A stretch of 64,000 bases of DNA. It comes from Eubacteriales Family XIII. Incertae Sedis bacterium (GTDB lineage: Bacteria > Bacillota > Clostridia > Peptostreptococcales > Anaerovoracaceae). Of this stretch, positions 25,116-35,061 are shown in pieces. The notes under the pieces are model-generated. The model was given only the letters and a program-made list of their open reading frames with translations. It searched no databases and was not told the origin of the DNA. Where the stretch lies: contig JAISQM010000009.1 of NCBI GenBank assembly GCA_031274195.1, positions 13,588 to 77,587 of the forward strand, written 5' to 3'. Both the position numbers and the translations under genes were made by a program. The stretch's first letter is position 1; each line of letters starts with the position of its first letter.

Positions 25116-27455
25116 TTGAAAAAAAATGTAATTTCAGTGCTCATCATATTGATCGTAATCGGGGTGTCCGCTTTTGCGCTGTGGCCGTTCTTTACGCCGG
25201 ATTTGAGCAAAGCGGGTATTACGTTCGCGAGCGATGAATCCGGCGACCTGTACCTGTCGGAGCGGCATGCGAATCATTCCTTTCTGTATAAGCTTGACGA
25301 CCGGGGCAGGGTCGAGCATATGTTGCGGTCGACAGATATGATCTATCAGGCCATAAATCTGGGAGATAAGATATATTTCCTGACGCTCCTGGGCGATCCT
25401 GCGGACAAATGGGAGCTTATGGAGACCGACACGAAGCTCAAAGGGGCGCGAAAAGTCGCGTCCGGAGGTTTTGACTTGATCGGCGAGGAAGTATCATTGT
25501 CGTCGGGCAACGGACGGGTGTTTTTGTCGGGTACCGGCACAAATGGCAAATCGCTCTGCGCTCTGATCTACACGCCGGATATGCCGATCGCCGAAAGCGA
25601 CGAGACGCAGACGAGCAAAGTACCCCTTAAGGGCATGGAAATCTTTATGCAGCCGACACTAACCGGTAATGAGGTCGCCACCGTTACTGTCTGTGACGGG
25701 GAGGCCATCATTGCGTTGCTCTCCGACGGAAGGATTGCGCGAATCACGAAAGACGATATACAATTCACGGAGATTATGTATTCGGATTCCCTGCTGAGAT
25801 GTGAAGACGGCACCGTTTCCGTGCTGAATACGGAGGCGCATGAGCTGTATACGATGGACGCTTTCCCGCAGTTTGACGTGAGCCACACCTACGATAGATT
25901 GGAGCATGTCCGGGGTTTTGCCCTGTGGGGAAATAATGCCTCCATCATGGCGGCCGATTCGGACGGGACGACCAACCTGTATCTTGCGGGTGCCGACACG
26001 CAGAGCGAGTGGAAGACCATGCCGCCGATAGAGGTGTCTTTCTCTGAGCGTATCCTCTTTGTCGATCACAAGCCGCAAGCGATCTGGATCACCGTCGGCG
26101 TGATTGCCGCGGGGCTCATCCTGTCCGCGATGCTTGCGATTTATGTGCGCAGACTCATCATCCGGGTGAGCGCGACATTCGCCGCGGTGGGTTGCGCGAT
26201 GCTCGCGGTCATATGTTTCCTCGTGTTCCAATCGACAGATGTGGTCGCTTCCGCCGTGCTCGATGCCGTTTCCGGAGAGGCGGTGCAAGAATACATCGCG
26301 CTCGAGGACGCATTGGCAAGTGTGACATTTTCTGCATTTCTTTATGGTCTCGTCACGCTTCTCGTCGCCATCGGGATCGCTTCCCTCTTTACGGCGTTGT
26401 CGCTTTGGCCCATGCGCGACCTGACACGGCGGCTCAACCGGTTTACTGAGGGCGATTTCTCGGTTGACGGTATCGTTTCCATAGAAGGAGATTTGGGTAA
26501 AATGAGCCGCGCTGTGATGGAGATGGGCGTATCGCTCTCCATCAAGCAATACGAAACGGATCGCATGATTTCTTCGTATTCGCGCTTCGTGCCGAGGGAT
26601 GCCGACAGGTTGCTCGAACGGGCGGGGATTATGGAGGTCTGCACCGGAGATGTGGCTGAGATCAACGAATACATCGCCATCGTTTCCGTCGAAAATCGCA
26701 ACGCCGTCATGCACTCTATGGACAGTCACGGTTTTATGGCCTTTGTGAACAGTTGCTTCACCTCTATTCTCGAATTTGCGAACAAGCGACGCGGCGCGTT
26801 GCTCTCCAGTGAATTTCTGACGACGCTTCCGATCCTGTTTTCAAAGCATTTGGGCGCGAAGGATGGGGATTCGATCCGCTTCGGTCTGGATCTGATCGAT
26901 CGTATGAGCGGCGCGGGCAGCGACCTTCCGACGCCCGATTTCTTCATACTGCTCCACAAGACGGATTTCCTTTACGGCATTGCGGGCACGGACGATAAGG
27001 CGTTTCCGTTTATCTCGTCGGCGGAGTTAAATTTCCTGTCCGGTTGCAACGCGCCGCTTCGGAAGCTCGGCATCCGCATGGCGGCCACCGAGCAATACTT
27101 CCACAGACCCACGGACAATGAATCCGAGAATCTGGAAAGTTCATGTACAAAACGTCACATCGGTTTGATTTCTTTCGCGGACGAATCGCGTGACTACAAG
27201 ATGTATGAGATACTCGACTGTCTTTCGGATAAGGAGCGCAATCTTCGTATAAGCTACGATGAAAGACTGCAGAACGCGATCGAGATGTTTTATCGCAACG
27301 ATTTCTATCCCGCGATGGTGGAGTTTTCCGCCATTCTGAAATTCAATCCCGGGGATGGACTCGTGCGGTGGTACGCGTTTGCCTGCGAAAAGTATTTCAA
27401 TGAGGGAGATCGAGCGGTGGTGAAACATCAGCTATTGGGCGTTGAGAGGATATAA
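25116..27455 (+). CDS. Membrane protein: extracytoplasmic domain, multi-TM region, HAMP-like linker, degenerate class III cyclase-like domain, TPR-like tail
   Basis: TTG start. N-terminal TM (VISVLIILIVIGVSAFALW), a TM cluster around aa 330-440, HAMP-like LWPMRDLTRRLNRFTEGDFSV, then a cyclase-like fold signature (SRFVPRD...IAIVSVENRN...ALLSSEF...LLHKTDFLYGIAG) that lacks the usual metal-binding Asp residues. Confidence 0.55.
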   Translation: MKKNVISVLIILIVIGVSAFALWPFFTPDLSKAGITFASDESGDLYLSERHANHSFLYKLDDRGRVEHMLRSTDMIYQAINLGDKIYFLTLLGDPADKWELMETDTKLKGARKVASGGFDLIGEEVSLSSGNGRVFLSGTGTNGKSLCALIYTPDMPIAESDETQTSKVPLKGMEIFMQPTLTGNEVATVTVCDGEAIIALLSDGRIARITKDDIQFTEIMYSDSLLRCEDGTVSVLNTEAHELYTMDAFPQFDVSHTYDRLEHVRGFALWGNNASIMAADSDGTTNLYLAGADTQSEWKTMPPIEVSFSERILFVDHKPQAIWITVGVIAAGLILSAMLAIYVRRLIIRVSATFAAVGCAMLAVICFLVFQSTDVVASAVLDAVSGEAVQEYIALEDALASVTFSAFLYGLVTLLVAIGIASLFTALSLWPMRDLTRRLNRFTEGDFSVDGIVSIEGDLGKMSRAVMEMGVSLSIKQYETDRMISSYSRFVPRDADRLLERAGIMEVCTGDVAEINEYIAIVSVENRNAVMHSMDSHGFMAFVNSCFTSILEFANKRRGALLSSEFLTTLPILFSKHLGAKDGDSIRFGLDLIDRMSGAGSDLPTPDFFILLHKTDFLYGIAGTDDKAFPFISSAELNFLSGCNAPLRKLGIRMAATEQYFHRPTDNESENLESSCTKRHIGLISFADESRDYKMYEILDCLSDKERNLRISYDERLQNAIEMFYRNDFYPAMVEFSAILKFNPGDGLVRWYAFACEKYFNEGDRAVVKHQLLGVERI

Positions 27456-27458
27456 ACG

Positions 27459-28682
27459 GTGAATGGGTTTTTCGGACCACTATTAAATGCGATACAAGTA
27501 CGATTCCTCTCGGTACTGACGAGGGTTCGTGTTTTAGTAAGCCCAACATGGTGGAAAACGAAGGGGACGGTCGCGCTTCGGGGTTTCTTTACGAAGTTGC
27601 TCGACATCAAGCCGCGCGACACGTCCGATTATTATTCCGTTCTGCGGTGGCAGATCAGCAAACGTCTCGCTTTCGCCCTGGTGGTCGTAATCGGCGTGGT
27701 CAGCATTTATTACGTGCTCGTTCTGTCTCCGATCGCGATCACGGGCAAGGCCGCCGGCAACGCTTCACTGCGCGTATACAAATACAATTCGCTCGCGATC
27801 CGTTTTTTCAGCGGCTCCTGCCGGATTGAGGCAAAGGGCGATTACATCGCCTATGAGGGCGCTGTCAAAAAAGGTACGGTGACGGGCAACGGACGTCTTT
27901 TCGACAAGGATGGCCGGGTGATCTACGACGGCGAGTTTGATAAAAATATGTATAACGGCACGGGTAAGCTGTATTATCCGAATGATGAGCTGAAATATAC
28001 GGGCGAGTTCACAAACAACGAGATGAATGGCAAAGGCAAGTTGTATTCTTCCTCCGGAGCGATCTCCTATGAGGGGGAATTCCTCAAAGGCAAGAAAAAC
28101 GGCGAAGGTGTCCTGTATAATGCTTCGGCAAATGAGGTGTATCGCGGCAATTTCGTGTTAGATGAGATTCAATACGAGGAATTCGTGGGGAAGACTGCGG
28201 AGGAAGCCGCGAAGATGTATCCCGGCGTGCAGGAGGTGTACTCGTCGGAAGATGAATTCACGATTTTGATGAAGGAGATCGGTGCCGTTACCAATATGAC
28301 GAGCGGAGACTCCAATCTCGAGGGCGAGGGGAAGATCAGCGGCATTACCGTGCTGAAAGACTATTTCGCGAAAGGCGGCAAATCGTACAAGAGCATCGCG
28401 GCCGTCACGGAGCTGCTCGGCCGGCCGGATTTCACCGGATACACCTACTGTATGCTGTCTGACGCTATCGCGATCAACGCGCTTTCGGACTCGCAAGGCA
28501 TCGGACCGGTTTCCCTGAGCGGCGTCAGCTTGTTTGATGAGGTCTACAATGTCGAAGATTACGACAAGAATGTCGAGATCTATATATATGCTTATAAAGC
28601 GGGAGACATTCTTTACACGTTTTATTGCGGGGATCCGCAGGATAAGAAGTTTCTCATGTATTCCGTCGAGGTGGGGAAATGA
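27459..28682 (+). CDS. TM protein with MORN repeats
   Basis: TM helix LAFALVVVIGVVSIYYVLVL followed by tandem MORN-like units (YEGAVKKGTVTGNG, YDGEFDKNMYNGTGK, YTGEFTNNEMNGKGK, YEGEFLKGKKNGEG, YRGNF). Confidence 0.7.
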   Translation: MNGFFGPLLNAIQVRFLSVLTRVRVLVSPTWWKTKGTVALRGFFTKLLDIKPRDTSDYYSVLRWQISKRLAFALVVVIGVVSIYYVLVLSPIAITGKAAGNASLRVYKYNSLAIRFFSGSCRIEAKGDYIAYEGAVKKGTVTGNGRLFDKDGRVIYDGEFDKNMYNGTGKLYYPNDELKYTGEFTNNEMNGKGKLYSSSGAISYEGEFLKGKKNGEGVLYNASANEVYRGNFVLDEIQYEEFVGKTAEEAAKMYPGVQEVYSSEDEFTILMKEIGAVTNMTSGDSNLEGEGKISGITVLKDYFAKGGKSYKSIAAVTELLGRPDFTGYTYCMLSDAIAINALSDSQGIGPVSLSGVSLFDEVYNVEDYDKNVEIYIYAYKAGDILYTFYCGDPQDKKFLMYSVEVGK

Positions 28683-30730
28683 AGCTGAAAAAAACGTTCA
28701 ATCGTATAATGGTCACGCTGCTTGTCACAATGCTGATCTCGGGCATGGCGTTGCTTGCTCCTAAACCTGCCTACGCCGCGACGGGCAGTCCTTTCACGCT
28801 CGCGATGGCGGAGCAGATGGCGCTTGCGTCGAGCTCGGAGATCAAAAAAATCTACAATCAGATACTGTTGAAGAAAATCAATTATACGGATGCGGTGACG
28901 TCGATCAACGCCAAGATGCGCAACAAGCGGACGCTCAGGTGGACGCCGTTGCTCTCTTTCAAATTCCCCGAGAAGCTCACTTTGTCGGATGAATTTGAGC
29001 TTAACGTGAAGCCGCAGGCCATGATGTCTGAGATTACGACTTTGCAGCATCAGATGAATGACGAGAGCTTTGCGGTGATCGCAAATGTGCGCACCGCGTA
29101 TTTCAAGGCATACGTCTTACAGGAAAAAAATGCGTTCACGCAGGATATGCTCGATGCCGCGACGAAGAATTTGGCGCGCAACAAAGCCCGTCTGCTCGCA
29201 GGGCAAGCGAAGCAGGCCGATATCGACACGATGGAGAAGACCGTCAAAAAACTGACGGAGGATGTCGCAAGGCAACTGCGCGAATTGCAGCTCGCCAAGC
29301 AGACGCTTTCGGACACCGTGAAGGTGGACGTGACCACGCAATACCGCTTTCTGAATCCGCTGAAGGACGCAGATATCACGCGCGATCAGTTGGAAGGCTT
29401 GATCGCGTATACGCTGTCCGTCGATCAGGGCGTATATGAGGCGCGAGCCGCGGAATCCATCGAGCTCATCAATCTCAATGTTGCGGAGAGCTTGATGCGC
29501 GGCAAATACGGCGGCGCGATGAATCGTCTCAATTCATTCATCACGGCCGCGCGGCAGGGGCAGGATGTCGATTATGCCGCATTTCAAATCCAGTACATGG
29601 CCATGCTGAACGATATCGACAGCAAATGGCAGGGCAAGTACAAGATTCTTTTCATCAAATTTCCGAAGGAATACCTGAAAGGGCAGATCGACGGTATCCG
29701 TTATATCGAGGACGAGCCGTATGCCCTCTACACGGCCTGCATGGAATACGCGGCGGCGAAGACCGACCGTATCGCCGCGGAATCCGACCTGACGAAGAAG
29801 ATCACGACGGACTTTGAGGCGCTTGTGACTGCGAGAAACGCGTCACAGTCCTTAGCCGATTCCGTGAAAGACGCGGAGACGGAGCTAAACAGACTCACCA
29901 TCCTGAACCGAGTCGGCAAGGCCGAGTATGAAGAAGTGAAAGGGCAACAGGACGATTATCAGGCGTTGCAGATCGACGCGTTTGATTCGCTTGCGACGTA
30001 TAATGACCTGTTGATCGCGTTTGATCGGCTGTGTTGCGGCGCCGTGTCGGTCTATTTTACCGGGACGAGCTTCAACTACGACGCGTCGGATAGCGGGCTC
30101 AGCTTCCCGACGGCGGATGGGCAGATATGGTATTACATCTACGGAGATGTGGCGGACATGACCTTCGTGTTCGGGTTGGATGTGCCCGATGACTTTGAAC
30201 CGGATGTGTCGGAATACGAAGTTTGGTATGAAAATCAGAATCTGAGCGGTCGCGTGGAGGCGGACAAGAGCTTCCGTCATCTCACGCTCGATTACGGTGA
30301 TTCACAGACCTTGAAAGTGCGATTGTTCGGTTCGGACGGCTTTGTCGCGGAATGCGAGATAGACACGACCGAAGCGCGCGGCGTCTTACCGTTGGAAAAC
30401 GGAGCGTCCGAGGAAGCTCCTGCGAATGCGGAGCAGACCATCGGCAGCTATACGGTGGAAACGCAGATTGTCGGTAACGCCAACACCTCTACGTTGTTAC
30501 CGGACTTCAATGCGGATATCGGCGTTGCTTCGTACCTGCTTCAATATAACGGTACGAATATCGGCTCCGATACACCGGTCGCGAAGGGTAAGAGCTTCAG
30601 CTACCTGTCATTGCTCGTAGGTGATCTCGCGGATGTCGATCTGCTCGTATACGATGCGAGCGGAAAACAGATTTGCAAAGCGTATTTCGTGGTGTCGGAC
30701 GGAACGATCCGAACAACGGACAGTATATGA
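28679..30730 (+). CDS. Secreted TolC/OEP-like coiled-coil protein with an extra C-terminal beta-rich domain
   Basis: Signal-peptide-like N-terminus (LLVTMLISGMALLAPKPAYAA). It then shows a pattern typical of outer-membrane-efflux-protein family repeats (FTLAMAEQMALASSSEIKK...; AYFKAYVLQEKNAFTQDMLDAATKNLARNKARLLAGQAKQADI). ATGA overlap with the previous gene. Confidence 0.6.
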   Translation: MKLKKTFNRIMVTLLVTMLISGMALLAPKPAYAATGSPFTLAMAEQMALASSSEIKKIYNQILLKKINYTDAVTSINAKMRNKRTLRWTPLLSFKFPEKLTLSDEFELNVKPQAMMSEITTLQHQMNDESFAVIANVRTAYFKAYVLQEKNAFTQDMLDAATKNLARNKARLLAGQAKQADIDTMEKTVKKLTEDVARQLRELQLAKQTLSDTVKVDVTTQYRFLNPLKDADITRDQLEGLIAYTLSVDQGVYEARAAESIELINLNVAESLMRGKYGGAMNRLNSFITAARQGQDVDYAAFQIQYMAMLNDIDSKWQGKYKILFIKFPKEYLKGQIDGIRYIEDEPYALYTACMEYAAAKTDRIAAESDLTKKITTDFEALVTARNASQSLADSVKDAETELNRLTILNRVGKAEYEEVKGQQDDYQALQIDAFDSLATYNDLLIAFDRLCCGAVSVYFTGTSFNYDASDSGLSFPTADGQIWYYIYGDVADMTFVFGLDVPDDFEPDVSEYEVWYENQNLSGRVEADKSFRHLTLDYGDSQTLKVRLFGSDGFVAECEIDTTEARGVLPLENGASEEAPANAEQTIGSYTVETQIVGNANTSTLLPDFNADIGVASYLLQYNGTNIGSDTPVAKGKSFSYLSLLVGDLADVDLLVYDASGKQICKAYFVVSDGTIRTTDSI

Positions 30731-30788
30731 TAAATAAAATCGGCGGAGATATGTAATGTTTTCGGAAATTCGCGGTATGTATTATTGA

Positions 30789-33494
30789 TTGAAAAGGAGA
30801 ATGGCAGTGAATCATTCTATGACGAAGAAAACGAATAAGAAGAATCGGTTGCGAAATCTCGTCATTTCGGCGATTGTGGTTGCGGCTGTCGTGATCGCGT
30901 ATGCGGTGCCGGGTCTCATTGAACGATCCAGCGCTCTGTGGAACGATGAGACCGCGGTTCACATCGATCCCTCCACGATCGAGAATGGGACGCTGATTAT
31001 CGGTACGCATCTGGTGCATATCAGCGCGCTCACTGATGATATTTACGAGATGGCGATCGAATCGGCCGGCGAATCCTCCCAGAGTCGGATCTATTACAAA
31101 TCCGAGCTGAACGACGGCGCGTGGTGCGATATCACGGAGGCAAATTCGCTCGCGGCGATATCCTCCGGTTATACGGATCCGACCGGGATGCAGCCACCCG
31201 TTGTGGCGAGCAACGACGATATCGCCGCATTGTTCTTCGAGTATCACACAAAATCGGACGGCATCACGTACGATTTACGCACAAACGCGGCGGTCAATAT
31301 TTTCGATACAAGCAATCCCTACGATTTGGAGTCCATGACCGAGCTTGAGCCGCTGAAAATGCAGTATGATCTGTATACGAATTCGCAGGCCGATACGGAC
31401 GATGGCGAAGAACGAATTGACCGGATCGATAAATTCTGGGCGACGAATGTTCGCTCGGCTGTGACGGACCGGGCGGATCAAAATATGTCTGCCCTGCAGC
31501 AGTATTTCCAGATCATCAGTCAGGAGGAGGAGGCCAAGGATCAAATGTCGGCGGTTCAGGGTGTCATGGGCGCCGTGGACGCTACGCGCCGCGCGGATGT
31601 GTTCTCGACGGTGGATCAGGCGCTGGGCGGCTTTATAGAAGAAATCGCGGGATACACGGAAGGCGGTCTGACCGACGCCGACCTTAAGAGTGCCTTAAAT
31701 GACAGTCTTGCGAATGTTCAGGTCTCGCTGAGCGAGCAAGAGGGCAAGCGCCTCGATGCCGGCGTTACGGTGCTTTCCTCCGTGCGGTTCGATGCCTCAA
31801 ACAGTTTGATCAGCAACGCCGCCGCTCAAAATTACGCGGCCTGCGATAAAGACGTATCGACGCTGACGGATCTGTCCAACATCGAAAACGGCTCTATTCT
31901 GAATCAGGCCTCGGAAGCGGAGTTGCTCAATACGACGCTCATTCCGAACGCGACCAACCGGTTGACACAGGGGCTTGAGGCGGGCGAGAACGCGCAGTAC
32001 AAAGCGGCGGTTTCCGCCAACTCCGCAGGCGCGACACTCAGAGGGATCGCTTCCGACAATCGTTCCACCCTAAATTCGTCGCGCGGCGAGCTCGAATCGT
32101 TCATCACCGCGTATACCAAGCGCATTGTGGCGGAGGATAGCATCACTTTCATTGATGAGCGTATCGACATGACGACGAGTTGGCTCGGACAGATTCCAAA
32201 CGATGCCTTTTTGTCGGATGCGGAGACGTGCGTAAACAGCCACATCGAATTCCTCAGCACGCTGAAACGCCAGATTGAAATAGCGCTCGGCGGCAGCGAG
32301 CTCGACCAATTGACGGAAGAAAAAGCGGCGCTTCAGACGGATTATCTGGCGGCGCTCGACGATAACGATCTGACGGGTGCCAAAGCCGCACAGGACCAAA
32401 TCGCGGACTTGGACGCGAAGATCGCAGCGGTTGAGAGTGAAACAAACGCGCAGATCTCGGATCTGGAGCAGCAGATTGCCGATCTCCAGGCTCAGATAAA
32501 TCAGACGAGCGATGCGGACGCGCTCGCGGCTCTGCAACGCGCGTTGGATCTGTTGAAAGCGCAATTGCGGGCGCTCTCGGCGACGCTGTCGCCGAATTCC
32601 GTCGGAAGTCTCGCGTCGTCCCTTCGCAGCAGCGCGTTGGGTATCATCGAGAACGGCGGCAATCTTACCGATCTCGATAATGCCATCGCATCTCTCGGGG
32701 AAATGATGGATCTGAATTTCAAGGTGATATTCCCCGCACTGAAGGATCTCTACGATGCGATGCAAAAGAAATACGCGCTCGAAGGCAATACCGCGTATGC
32801 CGATCAGATCAAGGCGGTAGAAGCGTTGATTATCAACAATCAGTCCGCTTACGACGCATCGTTGGCCGGCGGCAAGAGCGATTCGGACATAGGCGATATC
32901 GTCGGTGATTACTTCGATAATGCGGCCGCCGACGGGGCGGGACTCGGCGCGGGCACGGATACGGGAACGACCGGCTCGGGTCTCGGAAGTGCCGGAACCG
33001 GATCGTTGTCCGGCAAGGGTGCGATCGCGTACATCAACGCACTGAAGGAATATGCCGCCGCGACCGGCAGCGATACCGCTACGCAACTCATGAAAGCGGA
33101 AGCGCAGAAGCAGCTCGGACTCGGCAACAAGCTCGTATACAAACAGTTCGACAATCCGTCCGTGCAATATCTTCCTGTCACGGCGGTCAGCTACTGGTGC
33201 GGTCTGCGCTATGTGTGGAATCGCAACCTGAGCGAAGCGACGCTGACGCGCGGCACGGATTATTACGCGTTCACCATGTGGTCCGACACGGTGGTTCGCA
33301 GCCGAAACAAGGCCGATTCGGACAAGATGGACGCGATAACGGGCTTCCTTGGCGCCATTTACATTCCCGGTAGCTATACCGCCGCGACTTTCGAGTGCGA
33401 GCCCGTGTATTTGCCGGATTCCGATCTTGGCATCCTCATGAGCAAGGATATACAGGATACGTCGGATGAAATATTAGCATTGCTCATGCAATAG
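30789..33494 (+). CDS. N-terminally anchored long coiled-coil protein with a C-terminal copper-amine-oxidase-N-like (stalk) domain
   Basis: TM LVISAIVVAAVVIAYAV. A long heptad-like region (QISDLEQQIADLQAQINQ...LKAQLRALSATL), a Gly/Thr-rich linker, and a C-terminal YLPVTAVSYWCGLRYVWN...YIPGSY pattern. The start is uncertain (TTG 30789, ATG 30801 or GVG 30807). Confidence 0.55.
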   Translation: MKRRMAVNHSMTKKTNKKNRLRNLVISAIVVAAVVIAYAVPGLIERSSALWNDETAVHIDPSTIENGTLIIGTHLVHISALTDDIYEMAIESAGESSQSRIYYKSELNDGAWCDITEANSLAAISSGYTDPTGMQPPVVASNDDIAALFFEYHTKSDGITYDLRTNAAVNIFDTSNPYDLESMTELEPLKMQYDLYTNSQADTDDGEERIDRIDKFWATNVRSAVTDRADQNMSALQQYFQIISQEEEAKDQMSAVQGVMGAVDATRRADVFSTVDQALGGFIEEIAGYTEGGLTDADLKSALNDSLANVQVSLSEQEGKRLDAGVTVLSSVRFDASNSLISNAAAQNYAACDKDVSTLTDLSNIENGSILNQASEAELLNTTLIPNATNRLTQGLEAGENAQYKAAVSANSAGATLRGIASDNRSTLNSSRGELESFITAYTKRIVAEDSITFIDERIDMTTSWLGQIPNDAFLSDAETCVNSHIEFLSTLKRQIEIALGGSELDQLTEEKAALQTDYLAALDDNDLTGAKAAQDQIADLDAKIAAVESETNAQISDLEQQIADLQAQINQTSDADALAALQRALDLLKAQLRALSATLSPNSVGSLASSLRSSALGIIENGGNLTDLDNAIASLGEMMDLNFKVIFPALKDLYDAMQKKYALEGNTAYADQIKAVEALIINNQSAYDASLAGGKSDSDIGDIVGDYFDNAAADGAGLGAGTDTGTTGSGLGSAGTGSLSGKGAIAYINALKEYAAATGSDTATQLMKAEAQKQLGLGNKLVYKQFDNPSVQYLPVTAVSYWCGLRYVWNRNLSEATLTRGTDYYAFTMWSDTVVRSRNKADSDKMDAITGFLGAIYIPGSYTAATFECEPVYLPDSDLGILMSKDIQDTSDEILALLMQ

Positions 33495-33531
33495 TCGTTG
33501 TTGAAAGGGCGAAAGCCTCAAAGGGAATTAA

Positions 33532-34110
33532 ATGGCGGATTATTCAATCATATCGGATATCAGCGCACACATCGTGCGGACGCTCAGAGAGAAGATGTGC
33601 CCCGAGCCCATCCCCTCTCCGAACAACATCGATGTCTCGTCTCCGGCGGAGCAGGATGTTGACTACATTCTCGGTCTCTATCTCTACGATATCGCCGAGG
33701 AATTGAGCCTGACGACATCGCCCTTGGTCAGAGCCGGAGGGACGCGCCTGACGAAGCCGTCAAAGCCCTATGCGCTTTACTATATGCTGTTTATCAACGG
33801 TTCGTCGCAGATGGGACTGAAGGCGCATGACATCCAAAAGATCATCGGCCGGGCGGCGCAGATCGTCAATGACGGGAATGTGGTCGAACCGAGGGTCGTA
33901 CAACCGTGGCTCGAATTCGATGAGGCGCCGATCATAATTACACCGGCACGGATGCCGCTCGAGGAAAAAGTCCGCGTGTGGTCCGCGATCAATAAGCCGT
34001 ATCAGGTCAGCATGTTTTACAAAGTGGCACCCGTGATGCTGTCGAGCGAAGTCGTTGTGGATCCGCCGCGCGTAACGGAAGCCTTGTTCAATATCGATAT
34101 GGGGCAATAG
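33532..34110 (+). CDS. DUF4255 / Afp16(Pvc16)-like tail terminator-cap protein
   Basis: 192 aa. N-terminal ISDISAHIVRTLREKM... and ALYYMLFINGSS... match the DUF4255 pattern, and it sits directly upstream of the sheath as in many eCIS loci. Confidence 0.7.
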   Translation: MADYSIISDISAHIVRTLREKMCPEPIPSPNNIDVSSPAEQDVDYILGLYLYDIAEELSLTTSPLVRAGGTRLTKPSKPYALYYMLFINGSSQMGLKAHDIQKIIGRAAQIVNDGNVVEPRVVQPWLEFDEAPIIITPARMPLEEKVRVWSAINKPYQVSMFYKVAPVMLSSEVVVDPPRVTEALFNIDMGQ

Positions 34111-34129
34111 GAAAGGAAGGAGTGCAGTC

Positions 34130-34942
34130 ATGGCAGATGTGACAATAACGCATCGAATAGATTTGGCCGTTTCATTTGTTGACAACATCTCGGGCGCGCC
34201 CGCGCGCGGGCATGTGTTGTTGAGCAGGAACGGCGCAATCGTGCGTTATCTCATGAGTTCTGATGGGATTGCACTGTTTTCGGATGTCGGTCGCGAAGAC
34301 TTCGTTTTGGGCATAAACGTATCGGGCTATGAATATGAGGAGTTGCAGGTTGAATACGCAAATCTCGACGAGGGCTTTCCGCTGATAGAGGTATCGCTGA
34401 TTCCGCAGGACACGCTCGGCGACGTCTATACGACGATCGACGGTACGCTTTCCGGTCTTATCGCCGCGGATGCGGTGTGCGTCGAAAGAACCGTGTGGTC
34501 TGTTTTGAGCGTCGATCAACGCAAAAGGTTGCTGACGGTGGAGAGCCAATACAAGAGAGAGATAGGCGGGAAATCCTATGGCATCATCGCGAAGGACAAT
34601 GAGAGCTATGCTCCCATTGCAATTATTAAGAAGATATCATACGGTATATATAAGATAGACTCCGTGCCTACGGAAGATATATTGGGGTTGCGTTTGGCAT
34701 ATCGCGTGGCGGGTCGTGTCCGCGACGGGACGTGCTTGCTTCGGCTCCCGCACAGATCAGGAAACGCAAATTGGATCATTCGTGCGGAGACGGAATCGGG
34801 AAATACATTCCGGACATTCGACCCGAGCGAAGCCGAACTAAGCACGGCCGGCAGGCGAATCGGCATAAGCGACATCATGAGCCGAGCAGCGCCTACCGCG
34901 AAAAACACAGATAAACACGACGCGGAAATGAAAGGAGGATAG
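34130..34942 (+). CDS. Hypothetical protein (CIS-associated, beta-rich N-terminus)
   Basis: 270-aa ORF between the cap and sheath genes. No domain recognised. Confidence 0.45.
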   Translation: MADVTITHRIDLAVSFVDNISGAPARGHVLLSRNGAIVRYLMSSDGIALFSDVGREDFVLGINVSGYEYEELQVEYANLDEGFPLIEVSLIPQDTLGDVYTTIDGTLSGLIAADAVCVERTVWSVLSVDQRKRLLTVESQYKREIGGKSYGIIAKDNESYAPIAIIKKISYGIYKIDSVPTEDILGLRLAYRVAGRVRDGTCLLRLPHRSGNANWIIRAETESGNTFRTFDPSEAELSTAGRRIGISDIMSRAAPTAKNTDKHDAEMKGG

Positions 34943-35061
34943 CGTTGGGCAAACATAGAGAAGTATACGTTAAAACATGTTTACTATGTGCGACAGCACC
35001 AAGTTATATCGTAGTTGATTAGAAGGGAGGAAGGTTTGGATTTTTTCCAAACCGGACAATT

